Shown piece by piece: positions 1 to 8,086 of a DNA stretch of 64,000 nucleotides. Below the pieces are notes generated by a model that ran no database searches, had not been told where the DNA came from, and saw only the letters and a list, made by a program, of their open reading frames with translations. The stretch spans positions 17,037-81,036 of the forward strand of contig JANPDL010000008.1 in assembly GCA_031431475.1 (NCBI GenBank), in the 5' to 3' direction. The position numbers were made by a program, and so were the translations under genes. This DNA comes from Hyphomicrobiales bacterium. GTDB lineage: Bacteria; Pseudomonadota; Alphaproteobacteria; Rhizobiales; Beijerinckiaceae. Each line of letters begins with the position of its first letter. Position 1 is the stretch's first letter.

Positions 1-768
1 ACGCCCATGAACTGGTCGCCGTCTACCGGGACAATGAACGAGATCGCCCGGAAGGCGTCGGCCAGGGTGATTCCCACGGCTTCAAGTGCGCGCAGATACA
101 GCACGCCCTGCGCCAGTGCTGCAGCGAGTTCCTGTCCTTCACTGGCCCCGGCCTCGTGATACGGGCGCATATCGACCGTCAGGAACGGTCCCCGGAAGCC
201 GCGCGCGAGCAGCGCCAGCACCGTCTTGCCGGTCAACGCGTCATCCTGCATCGGGCTCATGCCGAAATCGATGTTGACCTGCGCCGGATTCAGCTTCCGC
301 TTTTCAACAAGCGCAGCCACGGTCTTGGCATGAATGTGGCCGTCAGGCACGGAATCGAGCCTGAGCCGGATGAGATCGAGATGAACGCCGGCCAGCGCTG
401 CGTCCAGATCAGCCGCTGTTTCGCAAGTCAGGCCATATCCCCGCGCCGCGCGATTGCCAGCAAACACCAGAGCAAGCGCATCGGCCCCGCCCTCCAGATC
501 CTCGCGGGCCTGCGCGGCGGCAATATCGGCATCGGGGTGATCGACACGTGCTGCGACATGCCATGGCTTCCCGGCATTTGCGCCTGCGACAAGTGCTGCA
601 TCAGCACGGCGGGCATAAAGTGGCTGGATTGCAATTCCATCGTGTGTGCGCTCCACCAGTCTCTTTTCGAAATCCGCACCTTTCAGCACGGCTTCAACGC
701 GCTTCAGCCACTCTGCCTCGGTGGCGGGGGGGAACGGGTTGGTGAAAGAGGCATCGGCATCACTCATG
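1..768 (-). CDS. methylmalonyl-CoA mutase small (beta) subunit-like protein, N-terminal part; continues beyond the left edge
   Basis: Absent from the ORF track because it has no stop inside the window. Hand translation of the minus strand from ATG 768-766 gives [54 protein letters not shown]...[36 protein letters not shown], the N-terminal pattern of MutA/MutB-family proteins. The frame stays open to position 1. Divergent from dapD. Confidence 0.55.
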
Positions 769-879
769 GGGCGCAGTCATAGTCCCGCCAAAGCAATTTT
801 CCAATCAACCGATAGTTTGAGATTGACTTGGCTTCGCATCCAGCGACAAGCGAACGCACTTTCCCAAGGAGCCGTCCCC

Positions 880-1758
880 ATGTCCATCGCATCACTCGCC
901 GCCACCATCGAAAAGGCCTGGGATATCCGCACCGAGATCAGCAGCGCGACAAAGGGCGAGGTACGCGATGCCGTGAACGAGGCGCTGAACGGCCTCGACA
1001 ATGGCACGATGCGCGTGGCGGAGAAGATTCCGGGGAAGCCGCTCAAGGACAGCTGGGCCGTGCATCAGTGGTTGAAGAAGGCCGTGCTGCTGTCCTTCCG
1101 GCTCAATGACAACAGCGTCTTGCCGTTTGCCGTTGATGGCGGCGCGGCAAGCCAGAATGCTGTCTATGGCTACGACAAGGTGCCATTGAAAATGCATGGC
1201 TGGCCTGACCACAAATTTCAGTCCGCTGGCTTCCGCATGGTGCCTGGCGCGATTGTCCGCCATTCCGCCTTCATCGACAAGAACGTGATCCTCATGCCGT
1301 CCTTCGTCAATGTCGGGGCGCGCGTGGGCGAAGGCACCATGGTCGATACCTGGGTCACGGTCGGCTCCTGCGCCCAGATCGGCAAGAATATCCACCTCTC
1401 AGGCGGCGTCGGCATCGGCGGCGTTCTGGAACCGTTGCAGGCCAATCCCACGATCATCGAGGACAATTGCTTCGTCGGCGCGCGCTCCGAGGTGGTGGAA
1501 GGCGTCATCGTCGGGGAAGGTTCCGTGATCTCCATGGGCGTCTTCATCTCGGCCTCCACCAAGATCATCGACCGGGCCACGGGCGAAGTGCACGTCGGCT
1601 ATGTGCCGCCGTATTCTGTGGTGGTATCCGGATCGCTGCCGGGCAAGCCCTACGCCGACGGAAGCCCGTCGCCGTCGCTCTATTGCGCCGTCATCGTCAA
1701 GACGGTGGATGCACAGACCCGGTCGAAGACGGCAATCAATGATCTGCTGAGGGATTGA
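880..1758 (+). CDS. dapD: 2,3,4,5-tetrahydropyridine-2,6-dicarboxylate N-succinyltransferase
   Basis: Part of ORF 646..1758. An internal ATG at 880 preceded by aagga (866-870) gives [20 protein letters not shown]... with left-handed hexapeptide repeats ([40 protein letters not shown]). Length of about 292 aa fits DapD. The upstream extension overlaps the divergent gene. Confidence 0.9.
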   Translation: MSIASLAATIEKAWDIRTEISSATKGEVRDAVNEALNGLDNGTMRVAEKIPGKPLKDSWAVHQWLKKAVLLSFRLNDNSVLPFAVDGGAASQNAVYGYDKVPLKMHGWPDHKFQSAGFRMVPGAIVRHSAFIDKNVILMPSFVNVGARVGEGTMVDTWVTVGSCAQIGKNIHLSGGVGIGGVLEPLQANPTIIEDNCFVGARSEVVEGVIVGEGSVISMGVFISASTKIIDRATGEVHVGYVPPYSVVVSGSLPGKPYADGSPSPSLYCAVIVKTVDAQTRSKTAINDLLRD

Positions 1759-1783
1759 TCCTCATTTTGCCGCAAATCAGCTA

Positions 1784-2137
1784 TTGATTCCACGTTTCCC
1801 CTGGGGATCAATGCGCGAGCAGCTTCATCTTTATGTTCCATCCATAGTCGGCGCGGTCATAGCCCTCGCTCTCTTGGTTGTCCTCACGCGCGCCATGGCG
1901 GCGCGTGGCAGGAGCCGCTGGCGGCCTGTGCTGCTGTGCCTGCCTCTTCTGCTGGTTGCTGTCGGCTATGGCCTGTTCTGGTTCGGGTTCTTCTCGTCCC
2001 CTGCGACGGCGGTGCAACTGCATGCTCTGCGCCTGACCATCCAGCATTTTGCCGGACCTTTCCTGCCATGGATCGGCGCGGTCTGGCTTGCCTCGAGCGT
2101 CGGGCTGCTGGCACCGCTGTTGCGCAAGGGGGACTGA
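1784..2137 (+). CDS. small hydrophobic membrane protein, function unknown
   Basis: 117-aa ORF with three predicted hydrophobic helices (IVGAVIALALLVVL, VLLCLPLLLVAVGYGLFWFGFF, WIGAVWLASSVGLLAPLL). Codon third positions are GC-rich like the neighbours. The start could instead be the internal ATG at 1811. Confidence 0.45.
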   Translation: MIPRFPWGSMREQLHLYVPSIVGAVIALALLVVLTRAMAARGRSRWRPVLLCLPLLLVAVGYGLFWFGFFSSPATAVQLHALRLTIQHFAGPFLPWIGAVWLASSVGLLAPLLRKGD

Positions 2138-2160
2138 GGCGTTTCGCCCCCCTTCTTCCC

Positions 2161-2189
2161 TTGCCGCGCCCCGCCTTCCCCGTTATATC
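2161..2189 (+). promoter_or_regulatory. sigma70-like promoter candidate for the riboswitch-controlled operon
   Basis: ttgccg (2161-2166), a 16-17 nt spacer, then ttatatc (2183-2189), ending about 7 nt before the first base of the riboswitch P1 helix. Confidence 0.4.
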
Positions 2190-2195
2190 AATAAC

Positions 2196-2308
2196 ATCTC
2201 GTCGGGGTGCCCGGAGGCTTTCGAGCCAGGCTGAGAGATGTTGAGGCGCAAGCCTTACCGTTAACCCGCCGAACCTGATCCGGGTCATGCCGGCGGAGGA
2301 ATCGAGAT
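2196..2308 (+). promoter_or_regulatory. TPP (THI-box) riboswitch
   Basis: Contains the conserved blocks ctcgtcGGGGTGCccgg...gGCTGAGAg...ACCCgccGAACCTGATCCGGgtcATGCCGGCGgAGGa. The closing helix is atctcg (2196-2201) paired with cgagat (2303-2308). It sits immediately upstream of a ThiX/ThiY-type transporter. Confidence 0.9.
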
Positions 2309-3161
2309 GAGTCTGGCTCTTGAGGGCCGCAGCGCGAGCCGCTCGCAATTTCCTGTTCTGTCGGCCCAATCGCTGGCGGCTTTCACCGTATCAGCCGTTC
2401 GAACCGTGTTCAAACCGCAGGTCGTGGCACTTCTGGGCGCAGGGTTGCTGTGGGAGGGCGCGGTGCGCTTCTTCCAGTTACCCCTTTGGTACCTGCCAGC
2501 CCCTAGCCATATTGCGGTGACGGTGGTGAAGAACCTTCATCTGATCCTGCCGAACGCAGGCGTGACGGCGCTGGAAACGATTCTTGGCCTGATCATCGGC
2601 GTTGCCATCGGCATGGCCCTGGCGCTGGGCATGGGGGCCTCGCGCTGGCTGGCGCAGGCGCTTTCACCTCTCGCCGTGGTCAGCCAGGCCATTCCGTTCA
2701 TTGCGCTGGCCCCCCTGATGATGATCTGGTTCGGATTTGGCATCACGTCCAAGATCGCCATGGCCGCGATCACCATTTTCTTCTCGGTCACCGCCGCTTT
2801 CTACGAGGGACTGCGCCGTGCCGACGAAAATCTGATCGATCTGGCAAAACTTTACGGCGCGTCGCCGTGGCAGATCCTGTTCAACATCCGGGTTCCCGCC
2901 GCGCTGCCGCATCTGTGTGCCGGGCTGAAGCTGGCGGCCGCCTATGCGCCGCTCGGTGCCATCGCGGGCGAATGGGTGGGCTCGGATGGCGGCCTTGGCA
3001 TCATGATGACCTATCACAACGCCCGCATGCAGACCGATATGGTCTTTGCAGCCATGGTGGTGCTGATCGTGTTCTGCCTCGCAACATGGCTGCTGATGTC
3101 GCTACTGACGCGCCATCTCCTGCGCAACTTTCCAGACACGCTGAACCAGCCCAGGTCCTGA
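2307..3161 (+). CDS. ABC transporter permease, NitT/TauT family (ThiX-like, thiamin-pyrimidine uptake)
   Basis: 284-aa polytopic membrane protein with the binding-protein-dependent permease core (SQAIPFIALAPLMMIWFGFGITSKIAMAAITIFF). Its ATG lies inside the riboswitch P1 helix. Followed by an NMT1/THI5-type binding protein. Confidence 0.8.
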   Translation: MSLALEGRSASRSQFPVLSAQSLAAFTVSAVRTVFKPQVVALLGAGLLWEGAVRFFQLPLWYLPAPSHIAVTVVKNLHLILPNAGVTALETILGLIIGVAIGMALALGMGASRWLAQALSPLAVVSQAIPFIALAPLMMIWFGFGITSKIAMAAITIFFSVTAAFYEGLRRADENLIDLAKLYGASPWQILFNIRVPAALPHLCAGLKLAAAYAPLGAIAGEWVGSDGGLGIMMTYHNARMQTDMVFAAMVVLIVFCLATWLLMSLLTRHLLRNFPDTLNQPRS

Positions 3162-3184
3162 ACCAGCCCAGGTCCTGAACCAGC
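3141..3184. repeat. 17-nt perfect tandem duplication (2.6 units of ctgaaccagcccaggtc)
   Basis: Units at 3141-3157 and 3158-3174, with a partial third at 3175-3184. The permease stop codon (3159-3161) lies in unit 2. Confidence 0.9.
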
Positions 3185-3231
3185 AGCTTTTCTGAGTTTT
3201 CTCCCTAACCGCCAAACCACAAGGAGGTCTG

Positions 3232-4179
3232 ATGACCCGCCGTTTCTTCACCGCTCTGCTGACCGCATTCGCTTTGCTCGCTGCGCACCCCGCCACCGCG
3301 CAGCAACCGGACAAGCTGGTGCTGCTGCTCGACTGGTTCGTGAACCCGGACCATGCGCCGATCATCATCGCCAAGGAGCGCGGGCTCTTCGCCAAGCGTG
3401 GCCTCGATGTGCAGATCGTGGAGCCTTCCGATCCCTCCGCTCCGCCACGCCTCATCGCCGCCGGGCAAGGCGATATCGCGATCAGTTATCAGCCAAGCTT
3501 CACCCGCGCCGTGAAACAGGGGATACCGGTGATCCGCAACGGCACGCTGATCGCCACGCCGCTCAACACGCTCACCGTGTTGGCCGATGGCCCAATCAAG
3601 ACGCTGGCCGATCTCCGGGGCAAGACCATCGGCTACTCCGGCTCTGGTATTCATGACATGATGCTCAAGACCATGCTGAAAAGCGTGGGCATGACCGAAG
3701 CCGACGTGAAGCTGGTGAATGTCAATTTTGCACTGACCATTGCTCTCATTTCTGGCCGGGCCGATGCCATCATCGGTGGGTTCCGCAATTTCGAGGGCAC
3801 CGAGATCGAACTCGCGGGCAAGAAGCCCAAGATGTTCTTCCCCGAGGACCACGGCGTCCCAGCCTATGATGAACTGATCTACATCGTGAAGCAGGACCGT
3901 TTCGGTGATGCGAAATTCGACCGTTTCTTCGCGGCCATCGAGGAAGCAACGATGGCGATGCTGAACGATCCGCAAGGCACATGGGCGACTTTCGTGAAGG
4001 CTCATCCCAAGGTGGATGATGCCCTTAACAGGCGGGCCTGGACCGACACTTTGCCGCGTTTCCAGGCCTCGCCGAAGGCTGTCGATCCAGATCGCTATCT
4101 TGCGGTGGCCGAGTTCATGCGGCAGGCTGGTGTCATCGACAAGGTCGAGCCTATCGAGCGCTACATCGGCAAGCGTTGA
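3232..4179 (+). CDS. periplasmic substrate-binding protein, NMT1/THI5 family (ThiY-like)
   Basis: Signal peptide MTRRFFTALLTAFALLAAHPATAQQ. LLLDWFVNPDHAPIIIAKERGLF is the typical NMT1/THI5/ThiY N-terminal motif. Strong SD aaggagg lies upstream. Confidence 0.8.
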   Translation: MTRRFFTALLTAFALLAAHPATAQQPDKLVLLLDWFVNPDHAPIIIAKERGLFAKRGLDVQIVEPSDPSAPPRLIAAGQGDIAISYQPSFTRAVKQGIPVIRNGTLIATPLNTLTVLADGPIKTLADLRGKTIGYSGSGIHDMMLKTMLKSVGMTEADVKLVNVNFALTIALISGRADAIIGGFRNFEGTEIELAGKKPKMFFPEDHGVPAYDELIYIVKQDRFGDAKFDRFFAAIEEATMAMLNDPQGTWATFVKAHPKVDDALNRRAWTDTLPRFQASPKAVDPDRYLAVAEFMRQAGVIDKVEPIERYIGKR

Positions 4180-4208
4180 GGGGCTGCGGCTTTCTCTCCG
4201 GAGGCCGC

Positions 4209-5255
4209 ATGCATCTCTTTTTCGACACAACCCAGCTCCGTCACCAGCCGAAACAGTTCATGGTGGCGGGGCAGGTGGCAGCCCCGCTGGAAAACCCCGA
4301 CCGGGTGACAGTGCTGTTGGCGAAGCTCAAGGCGGCAGATCTCAGCCTTGTTGCCCCCGGCGATCACGGCATGGCAGCGATCCGCGCCGTGCATGATGCG
4401 GATTATCTGAGCTTCCTGCAGACGGCCTATGCGGAATGGCGCAAGTTCCCCAATGCCGGACCCGAGGTCTGGCCCAATATCCATCCGTATCGCGGAACCG
4501 GCGCTGATCTAGACCGCAAGGGACCGCCGAAGGGCGGTATCATCGGGCAGGTCGGCTGGTACATCGGCGACATGGCGGTGGCGATGGGGGAGGGCAGCTG
4601 GGACGCAGCGTATGCTTCGGCGCAGTCCGCGATTGCAGCGGCAACCGCTGTTCTCACGGGACATGATGCAGCCTTTGGCCTCTGCCGCCCGCCCGGCCAT
4701 CATGCCTACAGGGACCGCGCCTGCGGCTTCTGTTTCCTCAACAATGCAGCCATAGCGGCAGAAGTCTTGCGCCAGAAATTCGCCAAGGTGGCGATCCTCG
4801 ATTTCGACACGCATCACGGCGATGGCACGCAGGCAATCTTCTATGACCGGGCCGATGTGCTGGTGGCCTCAACGCATACCGACCCCACCAGCTATTATCC
4901 TTATTACTCCGGCTTTGCGGATGAAACAGGACGGGGCGCGGGCGAAGGTGCCAACCTGAATCTGCCGCTCCCGCCTGGCGCGGATGATGCGGCCTATGCT
5001 GCGGCCTGCCAGAAACTTGCCGATACCGCCCGCGCTTTCGGGGCTGAGGCTATCGTGCTCTCCGCTGGCTGGGATGCCCATCATAAGGATCCGCTGTCGA
5101 AGCTGGCGGTGACAACAGTCGCTTTCAAGACAATCGGCGCCATTTTCGGCCAGTTGAAGCTGCCAACTGTAATCTTGCAGGAAGGTGGCTACTCGCTTGA
5201 GGCTGCGGGAGAAGCAGCTCCCGCCTTCATCAGCGCTTTCCGTCAGGAGCGCTGA
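4209..5255 (+). CDS. histone deacetylase / acetylpolyamine amidohydrolase family zinc hydrolase
   Basis: Motifs RPPGHHA, DFDTHHGDGTQ and EGGY are present. ATG 4209 preceded by ggagg (4199-4203) is preferred over the track start at 4176. Only 29 nt separate it from the ThiY-like stop, and I see no terminator between them. Confidence 0.85.
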   Translation: MHLFFDTTQLRHQPKQFMVAGQVAAPLENPDRVTVLLAKLKAADLSLVAPGDHGMAAIRAVHDADYLSFLQTAYAEWRKFPNAGPEVWPNIHPYRGTGADLDRKGPPKGGIIGQVGWYIGDMAVAMGEGSWDAAYASAQSAIAAATAVLTGHDAAFGLCRPPGHHAYRDRACGFCFLNNAAIAAEVLRQKFAKVAILDFDTHHGDGTQAIFYDRADVLVASTHTDPTSYYPYYSGFADETGRGAGEGANLNLPLPPGADDAAYAAACQKLADTARAFGAEAIVLSAGWDAHHKDPLSKLAVTTVAFKTIGAIFGQLKLPTVILQEGGYSLEAAGEAAPAFISAFRQER

Positions 5256-5335
5256 AACAGCCCGATTGGTCGCATCCCGGCATACGCTCTCTTTCGGGCT
5301 TTACCGGTATGGTTAACAAGTCGTAAACAGGACGG

Positions 5336-5842
5336 ATGAGCACAAGGACGATCCGAATCCGGACCGCCGCCGCCGCCGACGCAGCGGGCGTGGCTGGCGT
5401 GCATGATGCGGCCTGGATGGAGGCTTATCGCGGCATCATCCCCGGTGCGCATCTCGAGCGCATGGTGCAGCGACGCGGCACAAGCTGGTGGGCCCATGCC
5501 ATCGCCAAAGGCAGCCGCATCGCGGTGCTGGATTTCAACGATACCATAGCGGGTTATGCCAGCTATGGCCGCAACCGGGCAGTGTCGCTGCCCTATCGGG
5601 GCGAAATCTTCGAGATTTACCTGCTGCCCGAATTTCAGGGCGTTGGTTTTGGGCACCGGTTGTTTTCTGCCGCGCAACGCGAACTGGCAAGCCACGGTCT
5701 GGCATCGTTGGTGGTGTGGTCGCTGGCGGAGAATGAGCGCGCTATCCAGTTTTACGAGAAACTGGGTGGCCTGATGGTGGGTCGCGCGCATGAGAATTTC
5801 GGAGATGTCTCGCGCGAGAGACTGGCTTTCGGCTGGCGATAA
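5336..5842 (+). CDS. GNAT family N-acetyltransferase
   Basis: 168 aa. The acetyl-CoA binding core is EIYLLPEFQGVGFGHRLF...ENERAIQFYEKLGG. Confidence 0.85.
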   Translation: MSTRTIRIRTAAAADAAGVAGVHDAAWMEAYRGIIPGAHLERMVQRRGTSWWAHAIAKGSRIAVLDFNDTIAGYASYGRNRAVSLPYRGEIFEIYLLPEFQGVGFGHRLFSAAQRELASHGLASLVVWSLAENERAIQFYEKLGGLMVGRAHENFGDVSRERLAFGWR

Positions 5843-5999
5843 GGGCCTTGGCCCATCATTGCGACAAGCCGGTGTGATGGTCCTGGTGTTTGCATGAGAG
5901 CAATTTGATAGCCGCAATAACCAATCCTTCAAGGGTTTGCGGCAAAGTTCAGAGTAGCCGCAGTGGCAACCCTCCGTTACGGCAACAGGTCAGGCCATC

Positions 6000-6305
6000 A
6001 TGTGGAAACTCGTCGGGCTTTCGCATCTCAGTACGAATGAACAGCTTCTCATTGCTCTGGTAACGATTTGCGCAGCGCTGATCGTCGGCTGGATCATGGA
6101 CATGATCATGGGTCCGACTGGTTTCGGGCTTTTCGGCAATGCGATTGTCGCCTTCGTCGGGATCGTGGTCGGTGTCTGGGTTTACCATAATTATGTAGGC
6201 AGCATGAAATCACCCGACACCACCAGGATGATGGGCACAATCATCGCCTCGGTGATGCTGCATCTGGTGATGTGTTCAGTGCTGCGGCGTGTGCTGAGGC
6301 TGTAA
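6000..6305 (+). CDS. small membrane protein (possibly GlsB/YeaQ/YmgE-like)
   Basis: 101 aa with three hydrophobic, glycine-rich helices. Convergent with leuB. Confidence 0.5.
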   Translation: MWKLVGLSHLSTNEQLLIALVTICAALIVGWIMDMIMGPTGFGLFGNAIVAFVGIVVGVWVYHNYVGSMKSPDTTRMMGTIIASVMLHLVMCSVLRRVLRL

Positions 6306-6308
6306 CCC

Positions 6309-7418
6309 TCAGTTCAGCTTCCCCAGTGCCTTCACCACGGCATCGCCCATATCGGTCGTGCTGACCGCGTTCTGACCCTTGGCCGCGATATCAGCCGTAC
6401 GGATGCCATCGGCCAGCACATTGGCCATGGCCTTGTCCAGCAGGTCAGCGGCTTCGATGAGGCCGAAGGAATAGCGCAAAGCCATGCCAAACGAGCCGAT
6501 CATCGCCAGTGGATTGGCCATGCCCTTGCCCGCGATATCGGGCGCGGAGCCATGCACGGGCTCATACAGCGCCTTGCGCTTGCCGGTCTTCGCGTCGGGA
6601 GCGCCAAGCGAAGCGGATGGAAGCATGCCCAGCGACCCCGTCAGCATCGCCGCGATATCGGACAGCATGTCGCCGAAGAGATTATCGCAGACGATGACAT
6701 CATATTGCTTGGGCCAGCGCACGAGCTGCATGCCGCAGGAATCCGCTAGGTGATGGTCGAGTTCCACGTCCCTGTATTCGCGCTGGTGGACATCGGTGAC
6801 CACCTTCTTCCACAGCACACCGGACTTCATCACATTGTGCTTCTCCGATGATGTCACCTTGTTGCGGCGCACCTTCGCCAGATCAAATGCAACGCGAGCG
6901 ATGCGCTCGATCTCGTGGGTCGTATAGACCTGCGTGTCGACCGCGCGCTGCTCGCCGTTCTCAAGCGTTACGATCTCCTTCGGCTCGCCGAAATAGACGC
7001 CGCCCGTCAGTTCGCGCACGATCATGATGTCGAGACCCTCGATGACCTCGGGCTTGAGTGACGAGGCGGAGGCGAGCGCGGGATAGCACACGGCAGGGCG
7101 CAGGTTGGCGAAAAGCTGCATCTCCTTGCGCAGCCGCAGCAGGCCGGCCTCGGGCCGCGCGTTGTAAGGCACATCCGCCCATTTCGGCCCACCCACAGCT
7201 CCGAACAGCACGGCATCCGCCGCCTGTGCACGGGCCATGGCGGCATCGCTGATCGCCACCTTGTGCGCATCATAGGCCGCACCGCCCACCAGATCTGTCT
7301 CGGAGTTGAAGGAGGCGATACCGGCTTTGCCAAACCACGCCGCGACTTTCTCGACTTCCCTCGCCACCTCGGGCCCAATGCCATCGCCGGGCAGGAGAAG
7401 GATGTTATGCGTCGCCAT
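6309..7418 (-). CDS. leuB: 3-isopropylmalate dehydrogenase
   Basis: [19 protein letters not shown]-terminus and the NLFGDMLSD signature. 369 aa. Confidence 0.95.
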   Translation of the reverse strand: MATHNILLLPGDGIGPEVAREVEKVAAWFGKAGIASFNSETDLVGGAAYDAHKVAISDAAMARAQAADAVLFGAVGGPKWADVPYNARPEAGLLRLRKEMQLFANLRPAVCYPALASASSLKPEVIEGLDIMIVRELTGGVYFGEPKEIVTLENGEQRAVDTQVYTTHEIERIARVAFDLAKVRRNKVTSSEKHNVMKSGVLWKKVVTDVHQREYRDVELDHHLADSCGMQLVRWPKQYDVIVCDNLFGDMLSDIAAMLTGSLGMLPSASLGAPDAKTGKRKALYEPVHGSAPDIAGKGMANPLAMIGSFGMALRYSFGLIEAADLLDKAMANVLADGIRTADIAAKGQNAVSTTDMGDAVVKALGKLN

Positions 7419-7506
7419 GGTGTATTATCCATCGGTTAACCACGTTTCGCCGTGGCCGCGTCTGGCGGCTTGCCTAAAGCCTCGGAATCACTCGCGCAAG
7501 TGCGGA

Positions 7507-7600
7507 GGCTGATTCGTATGCTGTTCGTTCGGGGTTTGGGTTCGCAAGGTGGGCGAGCCGGTCAGGATGGGACAGGGCGGGGAGGGGGATGTTAGGATTG
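7507..7600. repeat. G-rich ~95-nt dispersed direct repeat, copy A
   Basis: ggctgattcgt...ttcgttcggggtttgggttcgcaaggtggg...ggtcaggatgggacaggg...gatgttagg aligns by eye along its whole length with 7974-8070, with scattered mismatches. Confidence 0.85.
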
Positions 7601-7701
7601 TCGCAACCATGTCACGGTGCAGCGCATAAGCACCCTACCGCTGAATCCAGAGTTTCACGCTGTCCGATGTCAACGGCCGACAGGTTTTCAGGAGATGTGA
7701 A

Positions 7702-7935
7702 ATGTCAAAGCTCGTTCGCGGTATTCTCGGCTTGATCGGCGGCTATGGTGTCGCTGCGACCCTTGGATGGATGGCGATAGTGGCTTTCTCCTCGAACAAC
7801 CATGACCGAAGTCTTGAAGCCGCCATGACTGCAATTTTCTTCGCCGGTCCGCTGGGTGCAATCCTGGGCCTCGTCGCAGCGCTCATATGGAAGGGGCCGT
7901 CATCCCGTCAGGGTAAAGGTGCAACGCCTCCGTAA
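7702..7935 (+). CDS. small membrane protein, function unknown
   Basis: 77 aa with two hydrophobic helices. Good SD aggaga lies 8 nt upstream of the ATG. Bracketed by the two G-rich repeats. Confidence 0.5.
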   Translation: MSKLVRGILGLIGGYGVAATLGWMAIVAFSSNNHDRSLEAAMTAIFFAGPLGAILGLVAALIWKGPSSRQGKGATPP

Positions 7936-7973
7936 TGGGAAACCCGGAAAGACTAGTGCGGATAGCCGGGAAA

Positions 7974-8070
7974 GGCTGATTCGTTGGTGCTTCGTTCGGG
8001 GTTTGGGTTCGCGAGGTGGGGGCGCGGGTCAGGATGGCACAGGGTGATGAGGGCGATGTTAGGGAGTTGG
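7974..8070. repeat. G-rich ~95-nt dispersed direct repeat, copy B
   Basis: ggctgattcgttggtgcttcgttcggggtttgggttcgcgaggtgggggcgcgggtcaggatggcacagggtgatgagggcgatgttagggagttgg. Same orientation as copy A. Confidence 0.85.
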
Positions 8071-8086
8071 TAGGGGGATGCGGCAA

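Noticed and set aside
156-782. 208-aa plus-strand ORF (and the 83-aa minus ORF 428..679) at the left edge
   Set aside because: The Ala/Arg/Gly-rich translation matches no recognisable family. It lies antisense to, or out of frame with, the edge-truncated minus-strand gene, whose translation from ATG 768 has a clear MutA/MutB-type N-terminus.
646-879. 5' extension of the dapD ORF (track start 646)
   Set aside because: The extension overlaps the divergent gene's start region and has no SD. The conserved DapD N-terminus begins at ATG 880, behind aagga.
3205-4230. 341-aa minus-strand ORF opposite the ThiY-like gene
   Set aside because: A typical high-GC antisense shadow ORF (Arg/Gly/Asp/His-rich, no motifs). 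The plus-strand frame has a signal peptide and the NMT1/THI5 motif.
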